A stretch of 63,243 nt of DNA, filler included, from Sanchytrium tribonematis (Eukaryota): assembly GCA_018985235.1 (NCBI GenBank). It is 9 parts of 9 records of this genome, joined end to end, with 100 filler letters (N's around TTAATTAATTAA, not from the genome) between each part and the next. Parts side by side here need not be neighbours in the genome. Positions count along the whole stretch, not along the records: positions 1 to 25,399 come from JADGIG010000067.1; positions 25,500 to 30,164 come from JADGIG010000694.1; 7 more parts are not named here. One strand, 5' to 3'. Positions 13,080 through 25,709 of the stretch are shown here, in pieces. Made by a program: the position numbers and the translations under genes. Numbering within the stretch: the stretch's first letter is position 1; each line of letters starts with the position of its first letter. The notes below the pieces were generated by a model that was not told where the DNA came from, ran no database searches, and saw only the letters and a program-made list of their open reading frames with translations.

Positions 13080-16000
13080 ATGGGATTATTTTCTGCAGAG
13101 GATAAAAAGAAGAAATCAGGAAAGCCATTGGATACAGTTCCTATTCCTCAACCGCAGGTTTTAAAGTCGTCCCTATTCGAAGGAGATCCATTATCAGTCT
13201 TGTTGACAGGTAAGAATATCGCTGGAATGAAAACTCGCATGGATTCTTTAAACGATATCAACTATAATGTAGACATATTTGGAAATACTCCGTTGCATTT
13301 GGCTATCTCAATGAGAGATATTACTTTGATCATATTTCTGTTACAAAAAGGCGCCGATATTGATGCATGTAATTTCTCCGGCAAGACACCATGGGATTTG
13401 GCTGCAGCGATTGGGGATGAAAACATATTAGGTTTACTGCTTCTTTTCAATCCCGACTCGCATTCCATCACCATTGAATTTGAAGAAATTTTGAAAAAGG
13501 CAGAAGACGCTAGGGGTCGATTCATCTATCAAAAGATAAGCCTGTACGGTAATTTGGAAAATTCTTGTAGTTTGGGTAACTTGGAGGAAGTAACCATTAA
13601 ATTGCAAAATAGAGAAATGGTCGATAACAAAGACAAAAATGGAGTAACACTACTAATGCGTGCATGTCATCGAGGGCATTTAAATCTTGCATTAAAATTA
13701 ATAGACTGGGGTGCAATGCTAGATACTAAAGACAAATACGGCTGGAATAGTTTGAGCTATGCCATCTATGGTGGCCATTTAGATATTGTCAAATTTATCT
13801 TGGAACAACGCAAATCCAACTTTCTTGGAGATTCAGCCGGAAACGATCCAATAGTAATTGCATCTTATCAGGGATTTTATCACATTTTGACGTATTTACA
13901 AAGCAAATTTGATATTCTTTCCAAATCAAAGTACACTTCCAAAGCTTTAATGATAGCTGCATGGCGAGGCCACACCATGGTGGTTCAGTTTTTAAAAAGC
14001 CGAAAGATTAGCTCGGGAGAATCAAGTGCCAACAATTGGGTAGTGAAAGGTTGTCAATTTGTAGATAAGTTCCAAGACCACTTCACATTGATCGACGGCT
14101 TAAAAAAGCCTTACAAAACGATTTGGATCGCTAAAATGACGCAGCTTGTCAATGAAAATAATGACAATTATTCAAAACGTGATGGATTGCTATCGCATTA
14201 CATGATTGATAAAAATGATGACTATTTGCCGAATCCTTTGACACCACCTTGTGGGAGGCTTTTAAGAACATACTTTAGTGGTGTGGTGGAAGTCGATTTT
14301 CTTAAAGAAGAGTTGATAGAGAAAAAAGCGGAGTTATTTCAAGTCGATGAAAATTACCAAGGTTTAATGATTTCAGTGAGTCAGCGACTTTCATGGTGTG
14401 GAACCTGGCTTGATGAGGAGTATTTTAGAATTTTAAACAAATTTAAGTTAACAATCGAACATGTCAATTCAGAGGATAGAGCTAAATTAATCGTTTTGAG
14501 CACCGAAGTCAAAGATATTATTGAAGATGCAATTTTAAAGACTGACAAAATGTTAGACATGTTAAAGACAGACAAGACAGGTTATTTATTGATGGTTCAA
14601 AGTCCAATTTTTCAAAAAATCAAGGATGCTTGTAGAAAGGTGGATGAGGATGATTTGAATGATTTGTTGAAAAAAACCAAACTAGTTTCAGGAGTATGGC
14701 CGCCTCCTTTGGCCAAGAAGGAGTTTATTGCCTCTCTGGCTCACATGATGGGCGATTTTGGGAAATTGGTTGATTTGATCAATACAACCGGAATTTTGAA
14801 CATGTTTATGTTGAAAATGTCGGATAGGCTCAAGAAAACAAGTAGTAACTATAATATAAATGTTGCGGAAGGAGATTATAAGAATTACAAACAAAAACAG
14901 TATTTGCAAATTCAAAATGATGTAAATGAGCAATCGCTCAATAAAGATGAGGCTAAAGACCCTGATGCTCCTTTCGTGCAGAGATTGGAGTATTTAGTTG
15001 CTCAATTCGTTGTCGCTGTCAAAACCCTACGATCTTCGACAGATTTGAAGTTTGAAGGTGAAATCAACCGTAAATTATTTAATGCTGGATCACAAGTTCA
15101 TTCTGCTTGTGATGCTATCGTCGATGAAGTAATTCAGTATGATCTGTTTAGTAATCCCGACATTTTGAACAAAAATGAACTCTCAACGGCATTAAAAACT
15201 CAGGTTTCAAATATTAGATTAGATGTTTTGAAGCATGGACAACAAGTAATGGCAAATGTAAACGAAATGGTAAAATTTTGTCAATTATCTAGTGGTAAAT
15301 GGCCACCACCAGATGCTAAAAATGCTTTATTGTATTCACTTTCACCTGTAGCTACAGGATTAAAGGAACTTGTAGATATTGCGAAAGCCGGAGCGGTCCA
15401 AATTAGACAGTTGGAGCAGGTCGTTCTTGAAAAACTTGACAAATGGCAAAAAGCAATATTGCAGACTCAAAGAATGAGCAAAATCTTTCAATTTTGGGAC
15501 CAAGATGATCAAATTCCAGTCACAAGTGAAAAAGATTATTGGGATCAAACTTTAGAAGAAAAAACACAAATGAATAAAGATGGATTAGTGCTCACAGACA
15601 GTCTTATTAAAGGTGGTAGATTAACAAAGTTGTTAGAATATTTAACTCATCCCACTAAGAATGATATAGAATTTATGCACGACTTTTTCATGAGTTGTAA
15701 AACCTTTACTCAGCCAACTGAGATTTTGGATTTATTAGTCATCAAATATGACACTCCACCTCCAATGAATTTGTCTGAAAATCAATTCATAGCGTTTATG
15801 AAAAAACATGTTGCTCCAATGAGATTGAGAATCGCAAATATAATCAAATTTTGGTTAGAGCTTTATTTTGTCGAAGATTTTGAGAGTGATGAAGCTGTTT
15901 TAACTAAATTAAAACAATTCATAAATGTTAAATTGTCCAAGGATTACGCCAAACATGCCCATGAAATTGGATTACTTATAAAATCGCATGAAGATGGGAC

Positions 16001-16878
16001 ATGGCTACTTCCTGAGAATAGCAGTGAAAAAATGGAAATGCCCAAACCATTAGTTACTAAAAAATTCACTCTAAGTTACCTAACAAACGATCCCAAAACG
16101 CTTTTAGAAATTGACCCAATTGAAATGGCAAGGCAGTTATCTCTGATTGAGTATTCTTTATTTTACAAAATTCAGCCAAGAGAGGCTATTAACCAGGTTT
16201 ATGCCGACACTAGCGGCAAAGAAATTAATTTGTATCCAAATATTTTTAAAATGATTCAGTTTACAAATCAAGTCACCATGTGGGTTTGCTCCACTCTTGT
16301 TAGCATCAAAGAAATTAAAAGTAGAGTATTAATGATGAAATATTTTATGAGTATCGCAATTGCATGCAAAGAGATCCAAAATTTTAATGCGCTTACAGCT
16401 ATTGTTGCCGGCTTAACCATGGGCCCTGTGTTTCGACTTAAAAAGACACTTGCGAAATTAGAAAAAGGTTATCCTAAAATTAAGGAAGTTTACACCGAAA
16501 CAGTCAATATTGTTTCACCAAAAGGTTGATTTTATTTATTCAGGTCAATATGCGAATTACAGAAAACATTTAAAAACTTTACAGAAGCCGGTCCTGCCAT
16601 TTCTTGGTATTTTTATTACTGATATGACATTTGTAGAACTCGGTAATAATAATTATTTACCTGAAAATCATTTTATCAATTTTGATAAGCGGCGCAAGTT
16701 TTGCCAAATGATCAAAGAAGTCCAGGAATATCAAAAAAGTGGATTTCATTTTGTTCCAATCAGTTATATTCAAGAATATTTGTTTGCAGTTAAACCAGAG
16801 CAGAATGAAAATAAGTTATTTGAGAATTCACAATTTGTAGAGCCGCCTGAACAAGAAAGTGACGATGAAGATGTATAA
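13080..16878 (+). CDS. Ankyrin-repeat RasGEF (REM + CDC25 domain) (join 13080..16524, 16544..16878)
   Basis: Ankyrin GNTPLHLA/GVTLLMRA; IKGGRLTKLLEYLT; EMARQLSLIE; QNFNALTAIVAGL; PVLPFLGIFITD after splicing. Confidence 0.9.
16525..16543 (+). other. 19-nt spliceosomal intron
   Basis: GTTGATTTTATTTATTCAG; restores SPKGQYANYR. Confidence 0.93.
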
Positions 16879-16945
16879 AAAGACCTTTTAATAAAAAAAT
16901 TTATACCTACCAAAAATTTAGAATATTTCATGTATGATACAAAAT

Positions 16946-18485
16946 TTACTTTTTTGATTTGCGTTGTAGGGTTTTTCTAGCTTGATTTGGATCCGAAAAT
17001 CCACTTTTTTCTGCTTCAACATATATTGAAGCTTTCTCCCGCAGAAACTTGACATCTTTCCTTGAGAGCTTTATTTGTTTGTATTTCTTCACAATTCGAT
17101 CTTCATTTAAATATTCATGTGGTATATGAAGCAAAAAATTTAGTAAATCACCGGTATTATCGTAAGAAAGTAACTTTGCTAAATAAAATTAAATTACTCT
17201 TACAGCACTCAAGAATGGCCAATCCAAATTTGAAAATTGCTTTTTCGCCTTCTGATAATATAACATCCCAAACTCTGAGGACTGAGGGCCAGGGTAAAGC
17301 CATTGTATACATTGTCATAAACCATTGAGTTGTGAATGTCAAAGCGTGAAGTTCATTTGTTTTTAAATGTTTATAAAGTTTTGGTATTTTCCTAAAGATT
17401 AGCCTTTCAAAAACGAGAGCATCTACTCTCATTTGAACTAGAGAAGGCAAGTACAATTTTGGTATATATTTCTGAATTATTGCATTAAATGTCCAAAATG
17501 ATTCTTCTGGTTCCATTCTCATAAGAAGCAGACCTGCCAGACGACCCATGCCCTGACAATATCCTATATCAGGATGCATATGTGTGAATGCTCGCAAAAC
17601 ATATTGAAGTTGGCTTTTTCCTTGATCATTCCGAAACTTCTGATGTTCAGGGTAACATCGAGAAATGTCTCGATCAATGACTTCATAGGTCTCGTTAGTT
17701 TCTCTGGTAGTCAATTCGGTATACAATAGTGGTTTAAAGTCATTTTCAAATCCAACTAATTTCTTCCAAACTTCCGGTCGAACAGAATTTGGAATTCCTA
17801 GTCGGCAAAGTTTTTTTATTTTCTTTCCTTTCCTTTTGGGATTCCAGTTATTAATAATTGCTTTCCATTGGCTTTCTAAATTTGTATCACTACTGATTTT
17901 GTTGTAGCCTTCATATTCGCCTTTTATTATAAATCCGTAGATGTCGAATTTTTCATCTATTTTGGGAGAAACTACATTTGGTTCCGCTAAACTTTTACGT
18001 TTCGTAGGATTAGGAGACACTGATTTTGGTACGGACTTGGTATTGTCAGGTGACTGCGGAGAAACCATGCCGCTTTCATCGATTTCTTTTACATTAGAAT
18101 TCTTCAAAGAAGTTTTTGATGATACTGCATGTTCATTTAATATAGCAGCACTTTCTACAACATGAACTTCATTTTGTATAACGGGTATTTCTTGAGGAAT
18201 ATCGGCGATGATTTCTTCTTTGTCAAAATTAGACCTGGAAATGCTAACTTCATCTTTTGGGGACTCTTGATGAATCATTTGCTGGCTAACCTGAAGAACT
18301 TTTGAAAGTAATTCTTCGCCCAATTGATTTCCGTTTCTTATTATATCATCAATATTATCGTTCCTAGGTGGATTCACGTCAATATCAATACTCTGGGCCA
18401 ACGAATGACTATCCCGACTGCCTTCTTGTTCTTCACTAGACGTGTTGCCTTCACTGCGCGGTCTTGACGGAGATTCACTATCCAT
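16946..18485 (-). CDS. TBC-domain Rab-GAP (join 18485..17198, 17178..16946)
   Basis: GIPNSVRPEVW, IDRDISRCYP, GYCQGM, VLRVWD; a 19-nt intron joins the last exon. Confidence 0.9.
17179..17197 (-). other. 19-nt spliceosomal intron
   Basis: GTAATTTAATTTTATTTAG (minus strand); gives ECCKTKLLSYDNTGDLLNFLLHIP. Confidence 0.88.
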
Positions 18486-18744
18486 AATCGAACTTTGATG
18501 TGTTTCAGATTTCTTCAATGCTCGAAAGTATTTCCATTTTGTTTATTAAAGCTTTAGTTTTCTGGTTTTGACAAAATTAATAATTTGGATAGATAAATCA
18601 CATTTCATTGGCTCAACACCCTGATAATCTCCTGATTTCCATCGTTTAACAATTAGATCATTACAACATGTGCGAATTCCAATGTTTCTTCTGGATGAAA
18701 ACTCCTAACATATGATCCTTATACGGTGAGTGGTGAGAAATGGA

Positions 18745-20308
18745 ATGCAAAAGTCGGCAAAAATGTATTGGTCAGCAATAAAGTCTCAACACGTGCCTAT
18801 TCGCCCACAATATTTCACCAAACTTCCCCTTCAAATGACTCGTCAATCTTTCAGCCTTTGGGCATTCTGGGGTAGCATCGTCGTTGGTAATTTGGCACTC
18901 AACTACGTTTTGTTCCAGTCATTTATTGCTCTTTTGATCCAATTTGTTCCTGTGGGGTTTCTGATTGGAGTGACGTTCTTCTACAGCTTCAGTTACTACT
19001 ACACACCTTCTCACTATAAGGAAAAGAAACTTGTCCCAATGAATCAGTATTATCATGACTATATCCGACAAGTCATCAATCTTCCTAAAGATATCTGGCC
19101 TTTGCTAAAAAATAGACACCAACATGTGAGATTTGCATTTGCCGTTGAAGATTTCAAGTTTTTTTTGGGTACTTGGTTGCCTGAACTGTTATGGCACTCA
19201 AAGAGTCAAGACAAAGATCAAGTTACTGATCATTATGACCGTGGAAATGATTTTTACAATGCCTTTTTGGGAGACATGATGATTTACACTAGCGGTATGG
19301 TAACACCACAACTCTTAAAAGGTGTTCCTGAAAAAGATCTTGGAGACATTGAAGGAATGCTTAATGCTTTGGACTGCCCGTTTGGTTTAAATGCTTTAGA
19401 ATCCATCCAACTGGCTAAATTGAAACATGTTTGTCAAACTTTGGAATTAGAGCCTGGAATGAATATGCTGGATATCGGTTGTGGTTGGGGTACATTGGCT
19501 AATTACGCTTCAAAGAGATACGATGTCAATTCTTTAGGAGTTACTTTGGCAAAAAATCAAGTTCAATTTGGAAGTTATGTTGCTAAGCAATTAAATCAAT
19601 CTGAAAAGGTTAAATTGTTGGCTTGCGACTATCGTGATATTCCAAATACTAAATACGATAGAATCAGTTGTTTGGAAATGGCAGAACACGTTGGTGTAAA
19701 AAGATTTGGTGCTTTTATGGATCAATTGTATAATATTTTAAATGATGATGGTGTTTTGTTTATCCAGGTAGCTGGTCTTCGACGTGCTTGGCAATTAGAA
19801 GATTTGATTTGGGGATTTTTTATGGCCAGATACATTTTTCCTGGTGCAGACGCATCTACACCTTTGAATTGGTACATTAGTCAATTGGAATATGCTGGAT
19901 TTGAAATTCAATCCACCAAAACCATCGGTACTCACTATGGTGCTACATTAAAGGCATGGTACGATAATTGGTTAGAAAAGGAGGATCAAATTCGTCAAAG
20001 GTTGTTTTTATTTATTTAGATATGGGGAATATTGGGTCAGATTATGGAAATTCTTTTTGGGATGGTCCAGCATCATTGCCCATCAAGGAAATGCAACCTG
20101 CTATCAGATTGTTGCTATTAAGAACAGAAATGAATTCCGTCAAGTTGGTAAAGGTGGTAAACACAGTGTTCAAACTTGGACTAAACCAGTGGAATTGGAC
20201 CAACAAGACCGCGAATTTGTAGATGTAATGAGATCAAGCTGTCAACAAATTTGGAAGGGACAATTAGAACGCGCTGATAGTAAGCAAAATATTTCCACAG
20301 TCGAATAA
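18745..20308 (+). CDS. Sphingolipid C9-methyltransferase (CFA-synthase family) (join ~18745..20000, 20020..20308)
   Basis: HSKSQDKDQVTDHYDRGNDFY, LDIGCGWG, CLEMAEHVG, YIFPGADASTPL; spliced YGEYWVRLWKFFLGWS..QGNATCYQI; start codon uncertain. Confidence 0.9.
20001..20019 (+). other. 19-nt spliceosomal intron
   Basis: GTTGTTTTTATTTATTTAG; restores IRQRYGEYW. Confidence 0.94.
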
Positions 20309-20336
20309 ATTTTTGCTCTAACGGAGTTAAATTGCC

Positions 20337-21537
20337 ATGAAACAAAAAAGAGCAAAAAAAAGCAACAGTAATTCTAATATGGCCATTGACAAATATTCTG
20401 CATACGGTGCAGGATCTTCGTTTGCAGGGCAACTCGGAAAAGATGGTGGCAAATTCAGGACACCTAATCCAATCCAAATTGAAGAAGATGTTTTAATGAT
20501 TGCAGCTGGTGGAATGCACAGTGTATTTTTAACAAAAAAAGGAATTTATACTTGTGGATGTGGTGATATTTATGCGACTGGTCGTAAAGATGATGAAGAT
20601 GAAGTGATTTTACAAGTTCAAAGTACTAATATTTCATATGTTGCTGCATCTGACAGCATGACATTATTCGTCACTCAGGGACAACTTTATGCGTTTGGCA
20701 CATTTAAAGATGAAAATGGTGGCAAAAAATTCAATAAGACTACAGAGATACAACAGACACCCTCTCTTGTACCTATTAATGATCGAGTTGTATCTGTGGT
20801 TTGTGGAAGTGACCACGCATTAATTTTATGTGAAAGTAAAGACTGTTATGCTATTGGAGTTGATACATTATATCAAATTGGTTATAGGACAAGCGCTAGA
20901 ATACAAGATGATAGGTGGATTACTTGCGATCGACCTTTGTGCAAAAATATTGTTTTAACTGGTGCTGGTGATTTTCACTCAGTAATAGTTAGCGACACTG
21001 GAAATATATACACTTGTGGGTTGAATGGTTTTGGCCAATGTGGATATTTGAGAACCAATGCCACAGCTACTGTTACATTTGCACTAAATAAGCAATTAAC
21101 TATGTTTTTCAAGCAAAAAGGGCTTGAATTGAAGCAAGTTGAAGGTGGAGTCGCCAACACCTTATTTTTAACAACCAATGGAGAAGTTTATGCCATTGGT
21201 AAATCAGATGGAGGAATGCTTTGTAAATCTGTTGAATATGTCGGTGAAGAGTATTCTTTTGAGCCTATCAAAATTGAATTTTCTAAAAAAGTAATAATCG
21301 ATTCAGTTTCTACTGGAGGAAATGCTTGCATCGCAGTTTCAACAGATGGCGTAGCCTATTCATGGGTAAATCATATTAATTTAGGGCCAAATAGTCAATT
21401 ACGCAACAGCTCATGGCATTGAAACAGAAAATGATATTTACTCTCCATTAAAAATTCCTGGATCACACATTGAAGGAAAAAGGTGCACTGCCGTATCTGT
21501 TGGCGGGCAGCATTCCTTGTTTATTTATCGAGAATAA
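20337..21537 (+). CDS. RCC1-repeat protein, RanGEF RCC1/Pim1-like (join 20337..21365, 21385..21537)
   Basis: Basic N-terminal NLS, AAGGMHS, CGSDHAL, GLNGFGQCG; spliced YSWG and terminal SVGGQHSL. Confidence 0.85.
21366..21384 (+). other. 19-nt spliceosomal intron
   Basis: GTAAATCATATTAATTTAG; restores AYSWG and the last RCC1 repeat. Confidence 0.92.
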
Positions 21538-21622
21538 GCATTATGTTTAATAAAAAAAATTCAGCAAGCAAAACCAAAATGTGTTTCAAATTTTATTGTG
21601 GCTTGTCCACTTTAACAGTCAA

Positions 21623-23423
21623 ATGAATGAAAATCAACCAGGGAATTCTGGTTCAGGAATGGATATAGATAAACTTTTAAATTACACAGAAGAGATAAAA
21701 TTAAATACTTCACAAAACTTAGACACATCGCGTAAACCATCAAAATTACAAAGAAAAAACAGAAGATCAACAAATCCACAATCGCCGATTGATAAACATT
21801 CAGATCAAGTACTGGAGAATTCAAATATTAATTCAGAAACAATTTCTAAAAATGAAATGACCTTTAAACAAAAAACCATAGAAACTAAATCTGCATCTTG
21901 GTCGCACTTGCCTGTCATTAAAACCGCAGCCTTGGATCCAAATGAATTTGAATCTGATTCCATTAAGAAAGAAGCTGCTGCAAAAATTATACAAAGAGCC
22001 TACAGGCTTCACTTAATTAGAAAACATTTTAAGAAAATTAAAGAATTGAATATAACGAAAGCACCATCCGAGAATGGTATAACGCATCCTTCTACTAAAA
22101 TTGGAACTGCAAGAACCTCGGTTTCTTTCTTGGGGCTAAAGCTTATCGAAAATAAAGTTGATCAAGCTCCATCCGTAGATGAACAATCAGAAGATCAGTT
22201 AGAAGTACTTCCATTGATTTTGGACGACTCAGTTGTTAAGAAAATGCCTGATGAATGGGATGCAATGAGAATTGAGGCCTTTAACAGAAAGCCAAAAGAT
22301 TGTGTCAAATTATTTATCAGAGAAAGTACAACTGAAGAAGATCTCTCCATCAATATCGCAAAGTTTCTGGATAGAGCTCCTGGTCTAGATAAGGTGAAAA
22401 TTGGTGAACTTTTAGGAGAACCAGATGAACTTTCCTTAAAAATCTTGAAACATTATGTTGCCTTGCAACAATTCCATGACTTGCTATTTAATGAAGCTTT
22501 GAGAAAATTTATTCAAAAATTTAAACTTCAGGGAGAAGCTCAGAAAATCGATAGAATTATGAGCGAATTTGCAAATCAATTTTGTTTTGACAATCCAAAC
22601 AGTTTTAAATCGTCATCAACCGCTTACGTACTTGCATTCAGTTTAATCATGCTAAATACTGATGCTCATAATCAAAGCATAAAAAAGAGAATGTCGTTAC
22701 AGGAATTCATAAAAAATAATAGGGGAATTGATGAGGGGAAGGATTTAGACGAAAAATTCCTTAAAACTCTTTATTTTGATATTAAATTTTCGGAAATTAA
22801 AATGAATGACAATTCAGACCAAAAGGCCCTGGACATCTGGAATAACATTCTACCAAAACCCATTGTACTTAATATTTACTTAGGCAATATTTAAAGATAG
22901 AAAGCTTTTATCGCAATATGAGCTTGTAGAGTTCAAAGATGTTGAAAAGTTTATACCACACAAAGCGCCCAGATTTGTATTTCTATTTGCAGATATGGTC
23001 GTAATTACTAAAATGAATGGTCCTAAGAAGTACGCTCTCAAAAGGCGGATATATTTGCAAGACTTAAAAATGAGGATTCTTACTGAAAACAATCAACTGA
23101 TTGTCATTTTGTCTTCAGAGGAACGCAAAAGTGCATTTCAGTTCACCCATATGGAAGCACTTGAGGTGTTTGTTCGTCATTTTGAGCAAGCCATACCTGC
23201 ATTTGAAAATGACAGAGATATATTAATTGTCAATGCCAAGAAATCTGTTGAAGAAAAATATGGTATAACTAATTATTCAGATTCAAATGTAAGTATATCT
23301 AGTCTCAAAAGTGAGACAAAAGATCTTCAAGTCAGAGGTTCCTTTAGATCGCCATTTGGACCATCTTCTAAATCGATAATATTAAATCGGCGGAGGAGCA
23401 ATACGCAACAAGGTACTATATAG
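21623..23423 (+). CDS. IQ-Sec7-PH Arf-GEF (IQSEC/BRAG-like) (join 21623..22864, 22884..23423)
   Basis: IQ motif IIQRAYR; Sec7 FKLQGEAQKIDR and LAFSLIMLNTDAHN; PH-like RFVFLFADMVVITK after splicing. Confidence 0.85.
22865..22883 (+). other. 19-nt spliceosomal intron
   Basis: GTACTTAATATTTACTTAG; puts the Sec7 and PH ORFs in frame. Confidence 0.9.
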
Positions 23424-23454
23424 CCATAATAAATTGATTTTCATTGCATAAATT

Positions 23455-24753
23455 ATGAAGGGGGCCAACGAATTTAATTTTGGTCTTTGGAAACACAAAA
23501 TCCCCATGTTGGGAAATGGAAATAAAACTCTATTTGATTTTTATGGATCTATTGTGGATGTGAGGAAGCACCACAATATGAGTTGTGTATCTGTTTTCAA
23601 TGGTGTTTATCGCCAATTCGATAATTCAGAGGAAGTCATATTCAGATGCAATCATTTTAAGAAAAATCCTATAAATAATCATTCGATACAAATATCTGAT
23701 ATCAAATTGCTGAGCAAACATACTTTTACGACATATACAGTTGAAGAATCTAAATTATTTAAGGATTGGGATTGCTGTAAAAATGATTTCCCTTATAACG
23801 AATATTTAGGATTGGAAGATCCGCGAATATTTCAACATCTGAATGAAACTTTTTTATATTATACAATGAACAATCCACTGGGAAAATATCCAATTAGAGG
23901 AATTGGGTATACAAATTTATTAGATGCAAAAAAAGGTAATCAAAAAACTACTTTTTTACAAACAAACATTTATGGGAAGGTACCTAAAGTTCAAAAAAAT
24001 TGGGGCTTTTTTAGTGATTCAAAGCAGCTCAGAGTGCTTTATTCAATCGATCCTTTCATTTTAGGAGAAATTACATATGATGAGGGCGTTCCAACATTAC
24101 ATGCAAGACAAAAACGAAGTTACGGCTGTTTTAAACCAGGCAGAAGTGTTCATATGTCTTCAAATGTTTTACCAATCACTATTAATGGTAAGAGAGAGTA
24201 TTTTGTAATGATAAATTACAGGCCTTTGTCTAATGAATTTGGTTATATATCCGGCTTTGCATTTATGAGTGGTCAAAAACCATTTCGTCTGCTTAGAATT
24301 AGCAAACGAAAATTGACTACAAACATCACTGCCAATAATATTGTATACTATCATAGCATTACCGTGAAAGGGAGCAAATATTTAAGTGCGACTCAAGAGG
24401 ATACTTTAATTTTTAGTGGCGGGATCGATGATAGTTTTGTTTTCAAATCGGAGCTTAGAGTCAATGATTTGCTTCAAATACCTACGTTAGATTGCTTTGA
24501 AAATCATTTTAATTTTGATCAACTGAAATTTAAATTACAGAGTGAAATTGCAGCTGAAAATGCACAGGCCGAGCTTGAAAGACTTGAAGCCGAAAGAGTA
24601 TCTCTTGAAAATGCCAAGAAACTAGAAAATGAAAGAATCTTCAAAACTAATGTCAATATTTTATGTACTTGGTATAGTTTAATACTTATTATATTTTTTA
24701 TGCTTTACAAATTTGGAAAAAAACAATACCGAAAGCCAAATACCCGTACTTGA
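23455..24753 (+). CDS. Putative beta-mannosyltransferase (GT91/Bmt)-like propeller protein with C-terminal TM; paralog of 33227..34384
   Basis: GLEDPRIF and QKNW motifs; C-terminal hydrophobic helix followed by a basic tail. Confidence 0.5.
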   Translation: MKGANEFNFGLWKHKIPMLGNGNKTLFDFYGSIVDVRKHHNMSCVSVFNGVYRQFDNSEEVIFRCNHFKKNPINNHSIQISDIKLLSKHTFTTYTVEESKLFKDWDCCKNDFPYNEYLGLEDPRIFQHLNETFLYYTMNNPLGKYPIRGIGYTNLLDAKKGNQKTTFLQTNIYGKVPKVQKNWGFFSDSKQLRVLYSIDPFILGEITYDEGVPTLHARQKRSYGCFKPGRSVHMSSNVLPITINGKREYFVMINYRPLSNEFGYISGFAFMSGQKPFRLLRISKRKLTTNITANNIVYYHSITVKGSKYLSATQEDTLIFSGGIDDSFVFKSELRVNDLLQIPTLDCFENHFNFDQLKFKLQSEIAAENAQAELERLEAERVSLENAKKLENERIFKTNVNILCTWYSLILIIFFMLYKFGKKQYRKPNTRT

Positions 24754-24757
24754 TTTA

Positions 24758-25399
24758 TTAACTCAAATCCTGATTTTCACTTCTGATAATATTGGTCACC
24801 TCGCGTCTATCTTTGAGCCAGTCTACAAATGACTGCGTAGATTTGTCAAGCGAATAATCGCAAAATACAATTAGAAAGAAGTAACGAATTAAATAGTTGA
24901 TTGTCACCTGGTGAAGCTGAGAGTATTGTTTAGTTTGCGGGTCCATCTGCCTCAGTTTACATTTGAAGGTGTAAATCGCTTCTCTTAAATTTTGAAGATG
25001 TTGATTTGCGTCAATCGCTGTATCTACGATAGATTTAGCGACCTTGCCTTGGCTCAATACACTCATGAGCTGTAATATAATTCTATATTCACCCCGAAGT
25101 AAATGAGATTCTTCTACTTCGTCGTCATAAATTTTCAGATTGTCATTTGTGGAACTTTTGTACATTTCAGACAAATAATCGCTCCTGACTAGTTTTAAGA
25201 TACATGCGATAATCATTCCTGTACTGGTTCTTCCTCTTCCCATCTGACAATTAAAAACCAAATCATTTCCATTTGCGCTATTAATTCTATTGGTAAGTAA
25301 ATCAAAAACAAGTGGGATTGGTGCTTGCTCATCAGTTATTGGGATTCTCAAATAATCCACTTGGTATCCGAGGCTCTGAATTTTTGCAAACATTTCCAA
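24758..25399 (-). CDS. Paladin-like / PTP-like phytase protein, C-terminal fragment (5' truncated by contig end)
   Basis: YLRIPITDEQAP, VFNCQMGRGRTSTGM, QNLREAI, YLIRYFFLIVF. Confidence 0.85.
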   Translation of the reverse strand: MEMFAKIQSLGYQVDYLRIPITDEQAPIPLVFDLLTNRINSANGNDLVFNCQMGRGRTSTGMIIACILKLVRSDYLSEMYKSSTNDNLKIYDDEVEESHLLRGEYRIILQLMSVLSQGKVAKSIVDTAIDANQHLQNLREAIYTFKCKLRQMDPQTKQYSQLHQVTINYLIRYFFLIVFCDYSLDKSTQSFVDWLKDRREVTNIIRSENQDLS

Positions 25400-25499
25400 N
25401 NNNNNNNNNNNNNNNNNNNNNNNNNNNNNNNNNNNNNNNNNNNTTAATTAATTAANNNNNNNNNNNNNNNNNNNNNNNNNNNNNNNNNNNNNNNNNNNN
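25400..25499. other. Artificial contig spacer (N44-TTAATTAATTAA-N44); identical spacers at 30165, 34924, 39680, 44414, 49142, 53861 and 58553
   Basis: Identical 100-nt six-frame-stop linker; intervening contigs decrease steadily in size from 4665 to about 4590 nt. Confidence 0.99.
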
Positions 25500-25623
25500 A
25501 ATTAATGTCACAAATTGTATGGAATTTTGAATCTATGGATTTGAATCAAAACAGATGATCTGATTTATTGACATTTGTTATGCATATGACTAGCAGTTAC
25601 TGGCAGCTATATCTCTTTTCTGG
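25500..25623 (+). repeat. Inverted repeat arm (left) of the kinase/helicase cassette, cut by the contig end
   Basis: Reverse complement of 29956..30091 apart from two substitutions and a short tandem duplication. Confidence 0.92.
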
Positions 25624-25709
25624 TTAAGTAAGAGGTAAAGAATTCCAAGTAGAATCTCCATTTTTAATAGAAATCCCCATGAATTGACTTTGAAATCAAA
25701 TTAAAATGT

